Shown: positions 1-13,281, counted from the first letter of the stretch. The stretch is 64,000 nucleotides of DNA from Schmidtea polychroa (GCA_044892525.1 CM097886.1:90520001-90584000); one strand, 5' to 3'. Numbers and translations are program-made. Notes: generated from the sequence alone by a model not told the origin.

Positions 1-129
1 GCACAATTTTCAAGAACACTTTTAACCTTTCGCGCTGGGATAAGTCTTCCAATTGGAGACCTTCTTCTTGGTACGTCATGGATCAATTTATTATTGGTTC
101 GAACTAAATTTTTATTTCCTTTGAATTAC

Positions 130-800
130 TGTTAGGTTCGTTTAGTTTCAATTAGACTATTCAGACTCCAATTAGTTTAAATTATGTGCGTAAAGTTAAT
201 ACGATAAATAAGTGAAGATACACTTTGTTACTAGCAGAAGTACTGATGATCGGTTAGTCAAACCGTCCTGAAGATGTATTACTAAGAGTCAAGGCTGGTC
301 CTAATATTCACCAACAGCCTGACAAAGGTGAAAAGTAGAAGGTGAGGGTAGTTCCCGAAAATTTACCGCTTTAGTATTGCCCAGAAAATGGACAATACTT
401 TTCCTAAATATGTGTTAGCTTTATAAATTATAACCCAGAACAACACCGTATCAAAAAGTGAATACTGATTAATTAAAATAACTAAGTAAAAATAAAAGTT
501 GTCGGACCTGCTTGGCTATTTTAAATTCCAAAATTAACAAATTCTGATGGTAAAGCTTCCAACTTAGCAAATACCTAAAATCAATATTTATTATATTAGC
601 TAGTCTTCTTCCTGGTGCTATCTGATTTGCTTAAGTAATTTCTCTGTCCACTGTAACTATTTTGGTTTTGATCGATATATTTGTTGTCCCTTGTTATTGA
701 AATTTTAGTAGTCTTTATATAAAATAAAAATGAGTCTATCTAAAAATAGTAATTATTAATTACTATAAATATACATAAAATACTTTGTTAACAATATTGT
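130..800 (-). mobile_element. Diverged LTR of the same family as the 14-kb Gypsy element (solo/partial)
   Basis: Starts TGTTAGGTTCG at 130 like the LTR at 30943; shared blocks in the same order (GACTCCAA, CGGTT-N5-AACCG, GTATTACTAAGA.TCAAGGCTGG.CCTAA, CCAACAGCC.GA.A.AGGTGAA). Right boundary approximate. Confidence 0.7.
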
Positions 801-832
801 TTGGTTTTATGATACTAAAAAGTCGACCGTTG

Positions 833-1700
833 GTTACTCTGACTCCACGTGTCCTAAAATTGATAAACACAAACTCCCAACGTATATTTGTTTATAGCAA
901 ATTTACAATTCTCAATAAATGATAACTTTTTGTTAACCACGATTTTGCTCGCAATTTCTGATCGAACTTCGCCCTAAAACGTTTCGACCTTGTGCGATTT
1001 AAAAATAAGTTTCACCTTTTTATTTGATTCCGCTCTCTAATCCGAACTCCTTTAATTCTCCTTTTCTAACTCTTCAGTTCCTCTTATAATTCCCCTTTAG
1101 TTCTTAGCTTTCTTCCTCAAACTCCTATTGCAAGTTTCTTCTTCCCTACCTGAGGCTACTGCCGATTATCTGAATTTGGTGTTCCCTTATATACTCCCAT
1201 AATCGTTGTAATTGCTCCGTTTTTGACTTAATTGGTTTTGACTTCCTTAGTTATTGTTCTCTAATTAGTTATTTCTGTTGGCCTTCTTTTGACCTGTTTT
1301 GACCCCTTCTTTTGTTTGCCCTCATTTATCCGACTGTTTAGATAATTGCCCTCTAAATTCCCAGTTTGTTTATTCTTCAAAATTGCCGCGCTTGGGTTTT
1401 CCATTAGCCAATTAATAAATTAATTAATATTTTGTGTTTTTTCATATTTGCCTTTCTAAACATTTTCTAACTATTTCTTGCTCACTGTCTTCTTCATTAT
1501 TCCCTTATATACACCTCTCCCGTTTTCCAGCTTTAATTTCGATAATATTTCACTTTATTCCACTTCTTCAGATTTGCGCATTTTTCCATTTTGTGTCTGA
1601 TTGTACTCTTTTATAGTTCTGTTTTTGCAATATCTTTCCTTGCCATTGCTATTCTGCTTGACCGCCATTCTCTTTCGTTCAATTTAGGATTTCTTTTAAC
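833..1700 (-). mobile_element. LTR-like element, second family (reverse orientation)
   Basis: Reverse complement ends ACACG-TGGAGTCAGAGTAAC as at 46390-46411; also shares TATATAAGGG and GAA.GGCGGTCAA with 45500-46411. Left end firm, right end approximate. Confidence 0.4.
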
Positions 1701-3837
1701 TCGAAACTATTCAATTTAATATAATTTACTTTTACAACCTCAACAATATTCACATTTAATTTTTAAATATGGTAAATTTTAATTACTATTTATATTTAAT
1801 TTCTACATTATTTCTAAAATAATATTTTTAACTTCATGTGTGTTTCCTACCTCATCTTGGACCCCAGCATTACTTTTAAACTTCTTTAGAATTGTCTTAA
1901 ATGATCTGTCGATTTTACTGACTCGTCTTTTCTTTTTATATTGTTCCCATAATTGCATTCGTTTTTCATTTAAATTAGTTTAATAGCGGGTGACTCTTGA
2001 GGTTATCAATTTTGTTTAAATCTACCGGATTTTATTTAGTAACTAATTTATTGTGAATTTGATGATCTCATGGCTTTCACATAACCCAAAGTCGGATTCC
2101 TTTTTATCTCGGGTTTCCCTTTATTCCCCAATTTTCTTAGCTCTGATTTAATAATTTTGTTGACAACCCGGGGTTTCAATTTGTCTCATCATTTTGCATC
2201 CACCCATACAAGGCTCCCTCACAAAATATTTATTTTACATTAGTTTATGTACTTTAATTAATTTTTTGCATTTGATTTTTTTTATTGATTTTAACTTAAT
2301 TTTTGTCTTGGCCTTGTTAGGTCAAACCCCAACAGTATGATAATCCACAAATTTGCCCCCCCCCCCCTCTAGAAGAATAGTTAATTAAATAGTTAATTAA
2401 ATAAACATAATAACCAAGTCATTATTACGAAAATATTTAATGTGATTAGACTAGTTAAATAAATAAACTTTTAGTAATGACGTAATTTGTGTACACTAAA
2501 GTGACTTCATATGCTGAATTTTGAAATTAAATTATAGTTTGATATTTATAGTCACTGTTACAAAATTATCATACCGGAACCCTGTTTACTAAAATGCTCA
2601 TTTGTCTCTTCACGAATGCACGAATGTCAAAAATTTCTTTGTCCTTCTTTCTCGCTCACACTGACCTCCTTTGACTATTCTAAAACTTATTGCTCTTCAA
2701 TGCAATATACTTTAATCTGAACATTTCTCATTATTTAATATAAATTACAATATAATGTTTTTCATAAGCATAATGTTTTCATAAAAACTTATTATAGGGG
2801 TAATATTAGTTGTGCTCTAAAATATATTTATTTTGAAAACTAAAAATTCTAAGTTGTGCTCTAAAAGGATTTAAAAGATCACATAATTATTTTAATAGAG
2901 CTGTTGTTTAAAATGAGCTATAATTGTAATTAGCTGAGATCCTAAAATAGATAATCGAAAGCTTAAATAAATTAAATGGAATCTTAAAATCATTAATCAT
3001 AATCCTAAATTAATTTTTTAATATATTTTATAGCTCACTTTTATTTATTTAAGATCACAGGTAATATAAGTGCAAGAAAAATATTCATTAGAGCACATTT
3101 AATAGCCACTCCTTATTATATTGTCATTTATAAGATGTATACTTTACAATTATTATTTAAAAATTATAAATATAATTTATATTGTTATATTGCAATCAAA
3201 ATGAATAAATAATTAATTTTAATAATTACCTAGAAAATGATGACAAATTGATATTAAAGATAAAAAAAATTATAATAAAATATTGTCGAAAATAAAACAT
3301 TAAAAATTATTCAATTATAACAAACAATGTAGTAGAGAGTGAGGCGGAATGGCGTTCCGGTTGCGATTTTCATTTTTTATTTATTTCATTAATTTATTAT
3401 AATAATTTACTATAATTTGTTAACGACATTCATACTTTCATTAAACAACTAATTAGTTATTAAAGACACAAAATAAAACAAATTAAAATAAACACAACCG
3501 ACAGAGGCCCCAAATTTCGGATAATAATCACAATTAATTCAAATTCATATTAACTGAAAAACCAAAACATATACCAAAATATATCAAGGGTCAGTTTAAA
3601 CAAATATATAAATAATAAATCATTTCACTACAGACAAACAAACATAATAACGAGTGACCAGTGGAGATAACACTTACAGTTACTTGATAATAAATTTGAT
3701 TAACAAACGTCAATTTATTTGCAATTTCTACTGTCATAAAATTTACAATTCTAACAAAATATAAACACAAATATAAATTTATTAAAATAAAGAAAATGTT
3801 TATAATTCATATGGTGAAAAAAGAAAAAATTTCAACC

Positions 3838-4074
3838 TCAATTTAGACGGCGTTTTCTCTTTGGTCCACGAATTTTAAAAACCACATTAATACTAATCCA
3901 CATGATGACCAGAAGTATATAAGACACCACCAAAGACAGAACAATGTGCTGCCACATCCTGAAAGGTTCTACATCAAAAACGACATATCTCTCCCGCTCT
4001 TGCATTGCTTCATCATACGTTATAGCGTTGATTATAGAAATGAAAAAGCAAAAAATTATAACAAACAGAATCAT
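3838..4074 (-). CDS. Small secreted/single-pass membrane protein, family member 1 (78 aa)
   Basis: ATG at 4074 (MILFVIIF...); hydrophobic N-terminus, TYDEA, YVVFD..F...H, ~28-aa hydrophobic helix, N..FKIRG + basic tail; aligns with four other ORFs in the window. Confidence 0.8.
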   Translation of the reverse strand: MILFVIIFCFFISIINAITYDEAMQERERYVVFDVEPFRMWQHIVLSLVVSYILLVIMWISINVVFKIRGPKRKRRLN

Positions 4075-4360
4075 TTTTTTTGCACTTACAAGCTCAAATA
4101 ATAAACCGAACAATTAAAACAAATTACTATATGGTGTGGGTCAAATCTTCTTATTTGCTGCTTTTTCAAGATTAATTTGCACACAATTTACGTTAAACAA
4201 TCACGACATTTTGACCAATTACTTTTACTAAAAACACTTATTATATTTGTTTTTCAATTCACAATGAAACATAGAACAAAAATTTATTCATTAAAACAAC
4301 AATAATAATAATAATAATTCTATGGAATACGAAATATATTTACATGGCTAATTAGTCAGT

Positions 4361-4603
4361 CTAGCTAACGTAGCTCCTTGTTCTCTTCTTCCGTTTTCTG
4401 CCGAAAAGCTTGAATATTAAATTGACACTGCAAAATATTGATATCAAAATGGCATAGGTCGTTGCTAAAGCACAAAACAGATGGGCTAAACCATTGAACG
4501 ACGAAGTGTCAAATCTAATTATTGAAGAGTCTTTCTCTCCATCTTGATAAGTGAAAGAAGAAATTCCATGGAATACCGTCAAAAGTAAGAATAATTTTAA
4601 CAT
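4361..4603 (-). CDS. Small secreted/single-pass membrane protein, family member 2 (80 aa)
   Basis: ATG at 4603 (MLKLFLLL...); same motif series (IRFD..SF...H..ALA..Y.IL...SVNLIFKL.G.KRKKR); tandem with member 1. Confidence 0.8.
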   Translation of the reverse strand: MLKLFLLLTVFHGISSFTYQDGEKDSSIIRFDTSSFNGLAHLFCALATTYAILISIFCSVNLIFKLFGRKRKKRTRSYVS

Positions 4604-4966
4604 TTGAAATTGAAATTTACAAATACGCACATTTCTCCTTTGGTCCGTTTAAATAGAATATTATAAACACCACCTAATGGCTTATAAACACACGTTTGGA
4701 CTTACCGAATGGCTTGACTGTGTTTTCAGTCTTACCTTTGGACTTTTAAAACCCAGTTCTTTCATAATCATGATTTTATCTACAAATATACCGTTAAAAT
4801 TAGTTTTATCAATAATTTTTCACATAAAACTTTTTCAACTTTTTATAGAATAGATTGTAAATTTCATCTGAAATGAAAACAATTTTAAATTGAAAATTAA
4901 TTATTGATATAATAATTTAAAAAAAAGATAAAAATAATAATAATAATGATAATAAAAAATTGAATT

Positions 4967-5601
4967 CAGTGAAACCACCTTATAAAGGACACCCACTAAA
5001 AAGTAGACTTTTCTTAAAGGTACAAAAAAATGAAAATGAGTCTCATTTGTGTTTTTAAGGGGTATTGACTATTTATACAAGGTACATCACTTTAAAGTAC
5101 ACAATTTTATTTATATAATTTAAAAATAACTCAATAGAAAGAATATCAATATACTTATTTTAAATATCTTATATTTTTTATAATCTTTAAAATTCTATTT
5201 AGTGGTTTATTAGTGAAATATATTTATAATATTATTAAAAGGTTAAATATTATTAACAATTAAGTTGTTATTTATGCTAAAACGAAGGGATTAATTGAAG
5301 AAGAGCTTCACTTATTGCAGTTTAATGAGAAAGTAAGAAAAGTGCAAAAGAAAAACAAAAAGCAAACAAAAGTTGATGAATTCTTAATTAAAAATAATTG
5401 TAGTATCCTTTATATTTAATTTTTATATCTCCTTTCATGACAAACAATTATTTGCTAGAATTTTAAACTTTACGACATTTACCCTCAATATTTATTGAAT
5501 ATGGTGTATCAAACTTTTTTATTTTTTAATAATTTTATTATAATTACCCCCGAAGAAGAATTGTTTGCAAATAGGGTGTACTTTATATGGAGATTTTACT
5601 G
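4967..5601 (+). mobile_element. Non-autonomous pogo/Tigger-like DNA transposon
   Basis: Imperfect ~30-bp TIRs CAGTGAAACCACCTTATAAAGGACACCC / CAGTAAAATCTCCATATAAAGTACACCC, TA at right flank; internal remnant ...KKNKKQTKVDEFLIKK* resembling pogo transposase C-termini. Confidence 0.65.
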
Positions 5602-5624
5602 TAGTAATTTATTTATTAAAATAT

Positions 5625-5697
5625 GACTATGAATCAGTAAACATATTGATGCTTTTTTTGATATTCACGAATTTTCGGCACTGCCTTTTTCAAGTGA
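5625..5697 (+). repeat. Dispersed ~72-bp motif, copy 1
   Basis: GACTATGAATCAGTA...GATATTCACGAATTTTCGGCACTGCCTTTTTTCAAGTGA; recurs at 7043, 14768, 27961. Confidence 0.85.
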
Positions 5698-7042
5698 TTT
5701 TAATCAATTTTTTTACTACTTTACTTTACTAGTTAATTTTTTAATAAATACGCTGTGAATTGAAAAGAAATCAGTGGTGAAAATTGAAACAAGTTTTTAT
5801 ATTCGAATAATAGTAATTTTATTGTAATTTCAGAAACACATTGAAAATGAAGCCTAAAAAAATTTTGGTATAAAAAAATTTGTTTAAAAATTTTTAAAAA
5901 AATATTTACTCTAGATTTCTGCTTTGATCTCTAAAATTGTAATTATAATTAAAATTATAAAACTTTAGCTTATATTTCCAAAAACAAGAAAAAGAAATTT
6001 TTAAAAATAACATAAAAATTTACATTTAGCTATCAAATTATTATCCAATCAAAAGGCAAATAATTCAGATAATAGAACATATTGAAGAAGGCCATTTCCT
6101 AGTGTAAAATTCTCATTTTTTGAAAACCCAGTGAATAGAAAATAAAAACATTTGAAACGTAATCAACATATAAACGAAACGAAAATATATTTGCGAAAGT
6201 GCCTGTGTTTAACTCAGCTAATAGTTATAAATGGACTTTTTTCAACCTAGGCAAAAGCATAACATATAAACCACAAAAGATTCATATTCTTTGAAGACAT
6301 CGAGGACTTTATGTAATTTTATTCTAAATTTCAGGCATAGCCGTTTTGAACTACCTATAAATACAAAACTCAAATTCTACATGTTGGAGGTCAAGTATGT
6401 TAATATACAATACAATTTCACGGTATTTAACTTCTTTTATCTTCATTATAAATGTCCATGACATTGAGACTTCCCTAGAAATTATTAATTAGTTAATTAA
6501 AAATGTTTATAATTGAAGAATTCAATTTTTGTATTTTGTTATAATCACTTGCTACGCTACTTGACAATGTTAAAGTTTTCAAACAAAAGTTATTATTTGT
6601 AAAAATCTAATAGAAAAAGAAAACTTTCCTCTCCCTTCAAAATGCAGAATATGTTCAACAAATAAAGTTGTTATAAACAAATTTCAAATTGATATCGTGT
6701 GGCGCGTAGTACAAAACAATTTATACTCGCTACCTGGAAAAATTTAATTAAGTTAAAATAATCAACGCGATTAAATAAATTAATTAACAATTTAATTAAA
6801 CGTTACGTAAATGTAGTTGTTGATTGATGTCGTTTGTTGAATTTCTTATTTATACATTACAACATTGAAAGAATTTCCTCAGGAGATTTTTTTAAATAAA
6901 ATTAATGAGAAGAGAAATATTTTTTTGAATTAATAGCATTTAGAGTATTTAGAATTTTTCATTATGGATATTTCTAAATACAAAAAGGTAGTGTTATTAG
7001 AACTTTTTTCCCAATTTCACCACTGATTATTTTTTCCATTGA

Positions 7043-7135
7043 ATTTATTAAAAAGAGAGCTTGAATACTATTAATCAGTAATATATCGATGTTTTTTGAT
7101 ACTCACGAATTTTCGGCACTGCCTTTTTCAAGTGA
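7043..7135 (+). repeat. Dispersed ~72-95-bp motif, copy 2
   Basis: Same core; shares extended left part ATTTATTAAAAAGAGAGCTTGAA with copy 3. Confidence 0.85.
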
Positions 7136-7438
7136 AGGTAGTGAAGGCACCAAATGTTTCTTATAAATTGTTTGTTTTAATTGATTCGGGGATTTTGAAG
7201 ACATTTATTGTAAAAGATTATTTCACATTGCAAATTTCAATGTTCATAATTTACCAACTGATTTATATTCTTCTCTTTAAGATTTTCATTTGCATAATTT
7301 TATATCAAAATACAAAATTTTACCATTATCAATTAATAAAATTATAAATTCAAATTCGGTTCCATTTCGAATTAATTTGGTAAATAACTTCTATTATATA
7401 ATTCAGCGTTCAGAGCTCACATTGTCACTAATACCAAC

Positions 7439-7690
7439 ATGTTGTTTCTTGCTATTTTTAAATGGATAATTCTTTTTCAAACCATGGTAGTGGTGAAGTG
7501 TATTACCCTTGATACAGCTTTGAAGGAACCAGATATTTATATCAAATATGATCAAACGAATTTTAGGATTTGGTTCCATATTGGTATATCCTTGGCCATA
7601 TGCTATGCGATTTTAGGGACAATATGGAGTCTCATCAATTTAATATTTAAAATCCGAGAATTGAAAAAAGTTGGAACTGAATTAGATTGA
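7439..7690 (+). CDS. Small secreted/single-pass membrane protein, family member 3 (83 aa)
   Basis: YIKYDQTNFRIWFHIGISLAICYAILGTIWSLINLIFKIR matches family consensus; intronless ATG-to-stop ORF. Confidence 0.8.
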   Translation: MLFLAIFKWIILFQTMVVVKCITLDTALKEPDIYIKYDQTNFRIWFHIGISLAICYAILGTIWSLINLIFKIRELKKVGTELD

Positions 7691-9298
7691 TGTTAATATG
7701 TGAAAATTATTTGTTCATAAATATTTAAATGCTTTGCTTAATTTTATGCTAATTTGCTTATATTTTAATAGTTCTTACTTGTGAATTATTTTAATTTTTA
7801 AAATGTTTAATTTTCAAAATCTTCAGAACATCGAACTAAAATTACACATAAAATTAATTGTTTATCTGATTTTAATTGTTTTTTTAATAGAAATGTTTCT
7901 ATGAATAGTTAAATTTAGAATTTGTTTTAAAGTATATATTTACTTAATTACATTTATGCAAAAATTTAAATTCGTATTAGAATATAAAGTTAACTTAAAT
8001 AAATTAAGTTAAAGTTAAAAATAATCATTACGTTTTGAAAAATAAGAAGAAATAAAACAAAATTTAAAAAAATTGATTAATTAATCAATCAATGAATATT
8101 AATTTTATTTTTTTCTCCTTATATAGTTATTTTCTAGTGATTTCTCGACGAAAAATTAAACATTTTCAACAGCAAGAGGCCAAATACCTTACCAGTTTCT
8201 TTAAGTCTCTTTGCTCAATTTTCAATGAATCAATCCAAATTTTTCATATTGTTTTTTATACAATTAATTTTTTTGTTATTTTTAATTGAATTTAACATCG
8301 GCGCTAGCACAAAAATTAATAAGAAATATTTTTTAAAAAACTAAAAAATTGATTAAATAACAAAAATATTACGATTTCTTCAATTTCGTATAAAATGGAT
8401 TTTATATTTCAGAATAATTATTTTTTAATTTTTATAAAGTTGGTTATACAGCCTCTAAAATTCTAATCATAATTCTGTAAACCAAAATATCTCACCTGAA
8501 AGGTCTTAGAAAATAATTAAAATTTTGAAGGTGTCTTTTGAATTAATTGAAAATAAAAACTTATCCAGGTTGGTAAACTCAGTAAATAGAATCTGTAAAA
8601 TGATACTTCATTCATCACCTTTCCGAACGGTAATATAATCGTCTTCCTATACAATGAACCTATTTTTGAAGTATAAGACGTCATTCGATATTATTATCTA
8701 TTCATATACATACACTACACTAATTCTTAGCTAACCCTTACCTGACTAATGTAATCATCGTTTCTATTATACAAAATACTATTAGCATAATTAATAATGC
8801 GTGCGCATTCTTTTACGGGTTTATGAGGGGCATTCGTTTCTTGCACAAGGCTTCCTTGTTCTATCTCATTCGAGACTTAATGTGTAGGAAATAGGTTTCA
8901 TTTTTCTCGACACCAGCGTATTTTTTCAATGAGCTGTAGTAGCAGTAAAGCAGTTCAAAGTAAAAAAGCTACCACGAAATTAGATTCTAAACCAAGGATG
9001 TTTAACCTGCGTCCCGCACATAGATTGACAAATATAAATCATTCCAATGTTGATGTTGTGTTTCATAATTTTTCTAATCCTAATGCAAGATTATAATATT
9101 ATATACAACAATCCCTCGCTTAACGTGTAGTGCCTCTGACTAGCACTTTTATCTATTTAATAATTGAACTAAAAATATATTATTAAATTAATTAAATTAA
9201 AATAAAAAATTAAAAACGATTGTTTAAATAATCCTTTACTTTTCACTTTTTTCGAAAATCATCATCAAATTCAATTTAAAAAATCATCAAATTCAAAC

Positions 9299-9730
9299 AT
9301 GTCTAACGAAGTCACTGAAGTTGTCACTGAAGTCGAACAAACTGAAGAAGTTGAAGAATCATCAAATCGAGTCAAAATCAATAGATCAAATATGCCAGAA
9401 ATGCAGGAAACAGAAACCTTTGTCTTTTTAACAATGATATCTCTGATGATGGTCAAGACCTTCAACAATGTTAACTACAATTAATTCTTTGTTCAAATTA
9501 ATTTTATGTCCCTACAATAGGTGTCCGAAGTAACAAAGGTAAATGTTCTTCTTTCTTTAAAAACAGTAAAAGTTACATGTATAATTGTCCTTAAGACTTT
9601 TATTAAGACATTTTCATTTATTAAATTTATATATAATATATTAAAAATGTTCAATTATTATGTTGCTATATTTTTCTTTTTCCACCAATCTCCCAAACCC
9701 AAAAACCAAACTTTAATTAATAAGAAAACG
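9299..9730 (+). CDS. Possible small spliced gene with acidic N-terminus; faint resemblance to dynein light chain LC8-like proteins
   Basis: ATG ORF 9299-9484 with coding-like composition (MSNEVTEVVTEVEQTEEVEESSNRVKINRSNMPEMQE), GT...AG candidate intron ending 9519, then ...TCIIVLKTF. Similarity to LC8 (IKNADMSEEMQ, WHCIVGRNF) is weak; exon structure uncertain. Confidence 0.25.
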
Positions 9731-11069
9731 CGCAACATTATTACACAACGTTATATTACACAGTTTGCATCTTGCTTTGCTGTTGAATTTTTCATTTCCA
9801 ATATAGCTTTCGCTGACCTAAGTATATATTTTTCGCCAATCTGCATTGTAACTGCACTTCCTTCTCTTTGTTGTGGAACCACCTTCTACCTCACTCATTT
9901 CTTAGCTAGAATTACTTTAAATTAATTTAAAATTATTTGGCTATTAAAGTTATACAGACCCTAGTTGATTGATATAAAAAAACAAATTTAATATTTAATT
10001 TTTCACTTAATAATTCAAACTTTAAATACTTCAAACTTTAGATTAATTTATCACTTTACTACACCAGCAGTAGTCTAATATTTTGCATTTACTATAAAAC
10101 TACAATTTTTATAAAATAAAATTTTCCATTTTGAATTTCAAATTTTTCAAAGCGTTAGGAGAAATTAACCGGATACCTGGCAACCGTGACAGTGACAAGT
10201 GTAATTGTGATTAAAATTGAAGAAAGTGTTTTGTGTTGGGTTTTGCTTATTCGATTGCAATAATAAAGGACACGAGGAGGCAGAAACTAACCGAGTTGTT
10301 AAATAAAAACCCAACAAATACAATAAACCGAATAAATCAAAAATAGGTCAAATTTTAGGTAAAAACATTAAAATTTAAGCTCTAAATAGATAATTATTTT
10401 TAGGATAAAAACTAATTTTTAATAAAAAGAAAACTATAGAAAACAAATCACATGTTAATAAAGAGCCCTATAAAAGAAATATAAAAATCTGAAAATTGTG
10501 TTACTCAATAAAATAATGACACACGAAAAATTTAGTATATAAGATCGCTCCTGATTGAACAGAAACACTTCTACTCGTAATTGTGAAATACACACTTGAT
10601 AAAGGTTGTGCGGAAATATCGTGTATCGTATACATTGTCTTCCAAATATTATTATTTAAAATTATTGAATATTAATTTTAGGTATTTTATTCTGTTTATA
10701 GAGAATAACAATATCCTTTGTTTAGGATTTTATGAAATGAAGCTATGCATGAGCAATATGAACAGAAATTTCCAGTTTAAAATAATTTATGATAATTGTT
10801 TGCTTACGATAACATGAACTTCAAGTAAATAATTATATTGACCTACCATGAATGGTTAACCCGCAACAATGGTGGCTAGAAAGTTGAAAGCATAAATTGT
10901 CCATGGAGTGATTTAGAGCTCCAATGTTGTAAGAATATGAATATTTTAATCTTAATGAAGAGCTTTGCCCTGGAAAATATCCATTGCAAGTGGATTTTTT
11001 GGAAGAGGGAAAAATCGAGCATAGATGTTTACGATATAATATCCTATCTGAATTGTCCATTGATCGTCC

Positions 11070-11320
11070 GTAAATAGATGTGTGGACTCCAGGCCAACAG
11101 GAATCCTCAACTCTAATTTTTTTTGGACGAATAGGTGTGTACCTTTTTAGGGAGCCCCTACACTTTTTTGACAACTCCCTATAAGAATTTTATGAATTTG
11201 TTTTAATCGGTGATTACATAATTTTTTACAATTTGTCTTATTCGACGATTATATAATATTTTAATTTTTGTTTTAATCTTCAATTATGCAATATTAAAAA
11301 ATTAATCGCAAATTACGTCA
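11070..11320. repeat. Unassigned dispersed repeat, homologous to 52415-52630
   Basis: Shared GATGTGTGGACTCCA, TTTTTGG.CGAATA, CTTTTTAGG.GA.CCC, TTGTTTTAATC.GTGATTACATAAT, ATTATG.AATATTAAAAAATTA. Confidence 0.7.
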
Positions 11321-11364
11321 TCAATTTTAATTTTTCACCTTGAAAAGATTCCATTAGAAAGTTA

Positions 11365-11795
11365 CGATTGTTTGGATATGCTTGTCATATAATGAAATCA
11401 ATAACAGTTATATCTGTCGGATTTGTGAAAATAACGATATATTGAACATTCAAGTTACGTGTCCTGTGACTCCCACCCTGATAAAACAGATTTTGAGCTA
11501 TAAAAATAACTGTTACACCTTGATATTGGGCTATTTTTGTAAATAAATTATTAAAATCTTTTTCTTTGTTAGATTCTTGATATAAATCATCAATAATAAT
11601 TGCATCGACCAGTTTCTATCAAATCCTTTTATTATTGTCATTTTTTATTTACAAATTTTTTTTGTGTTGAACCATTTTCGTCATCAGCACCCCTACGCCA
11701 ATGAATTTTATTGAATTTTGACTTGAACATTTTTGATTGTAATAATTTACAAATAAATAAAGTTTTGCCACTACCACTTGGACCTACAATTATTT
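11365..11795 (-). pseudogene. Decayed Polinton/Maverick-type packaging ATPase (A32/FtsK-HerA family)
   Basis: Manual minus-strand translation: IIVGPSGSGKTLF (Walker A), AIIIDDLYQE (Walker B), LFTKIAQYQGVTVIFIAQNLFYQGGSHRTRNLNVQYIVIFTNP, QAYP; one frameshift and stops, so absent from the ORF track. Confidence 0.85.
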
Positions 11796-13032
11796 AATTC
11801 CTAATATAGTTTATGGTTACCAGTGACTTATTATTATGTTTGTCGCCTTAGTTATACATCTCAGGAGTATTAACACTTTAGGAATAAAATATTATTTTAC
11901 TATTACTAATACATCGTCTTTTAAAGACGGTCAACCATCATTATTATTACTATTAATATTTTACTCCATTATAGATGTTTTTTGCGATTAATACCTTCAT
12001 TACAGGTATTTAATCACACTAGTTATTATTATTTTAATAAGTTATAAAGATTATGTGGTTTTCAACATCATTGGTATTTCGTTCCAGTGTCATTACAGCT
12101 ATATTAAAATTAACTTATAAAAATGATTGCGCCTAGGTTGGGATTATGGCCATCACGACCGAGTATCGAGGTGGTGAGGTAATCATTTACTATCATTGGA
12201 TATAAATTATGATAAATTACTTAAAATATGAAAACATTATTTCTCCAACAATTTATAGTGGTTTCAAATGACACGTTCTGATTTTACCATAGTGACCACA
12301 CTAGGATGATTGTTGAGTAACAGTCATATATAAACTAGTAAACTTAAATTGGAAATTGTCAACTTGGTCAAAGAGCTAAGGAGATCCAATCAGATTAATT
12401 CTAATCGGTAAACTCCGAAATTGAATCAGATTTATTTATTAATCGATTGAAGTTGTAGATTTATTTGTTGAATATATTTGTTCTCATTGAAGTCATGAAA
12501 TGCGGAGCCACGGGAGATTATTACCTTACCATAATTAATTAATTTATAATTAATTAATTTATTGCACACAACACAATAGTAAGCCTAAGAAACATTTCCT
12601 GGGGAAATTAGTTGATAATTTCAATTTTTTTCCCTTTTCAAGTCCATAATAAAAACAAATCATATTTATAACATTTATGGTCTTCTTAAAGGTTAAGATT
12701 TGGAATTTGTAATTATTATTTTACACCAATCAATCAATATTGTTAATAATTTTTTTCACTCAAGTAAATAAATCAAGATCTCGAACTCAATAAAACATCA
12801 CAAAGTTCTTATTTTGAAATAAATCTGTCAGACATTTGTTTGAATTGAATTTGATACAGATCTATATAGAATTTGTACCAAATCGACATCGAATGAAACA
12901 GCAATGCAATAATTTCCATATCGACCAATCAAAATCCCCGCACACCGGCAAATCTCATTTCATAGAGTTATTCCAAATCATTCTATAAATATAAGATCGC
13001 TACAAGTTTTACAAGTGATTATTAATTCAAAA

Positions 13033-13281
13033 ATGCCGACTAGATTAACATTGATTTTGGTTTTCGGTATTTTATATTTTGTGTCAACGGCAAAATCTTT
13101 GACATTGGAAGAAGCAAATAAATCACCAGAAAGATTTATTAAATACGATCGATCGACATTCAAAATTTGGTTCCATATTCTTTTATCTCTCCTCATATGC
13201 TACTCGATTTTAGTGGGAATTTGGGTCAGTGTCAATACTATTTTCAAATTGCGGGGATCGAAGAAATCGCGGCGAATGTGA
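13033..13281 (+). CDS. Small secreted/single-pass membrane protein, family member 4 (82 aa)
   Basis: ATG at 13033 (MPTRLTLIL...); TLEEA..PERFIKYDRSTFKIWFHILLSLLICYSILVGIWVSVNTIFKLRGSKKSRR. Confidence 0.8.
   Translation: MPTRLTLILVFGILYFVSTAKSLTLEEANKSPERFIKYDRSTFKIWFHILLSLLICYSILVGIWVSVNTIFKLRGSKKSRRM

Noticed and set aside
243-275. CTGATGA + CGGTT/AACCG stem as a hammerhead
   Set aside because: No GAAA after the stem; the matching LTR positions lack CTGATGA.
4640-4800. Possible small upstream exons (GIFVDKIMIMKELGFKSPK|GT) for microprotein 2
   Set aside because: No consistent splice path into the CDS; member 2 is complete from its own ATG.
7043-7135. 72-bp motif as U6 snRNA fragment or C/D snoRNA
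   Set aside because: Only an 11-nt match (AAATTCGTGA) to U6; a CTGA exists but no box C.
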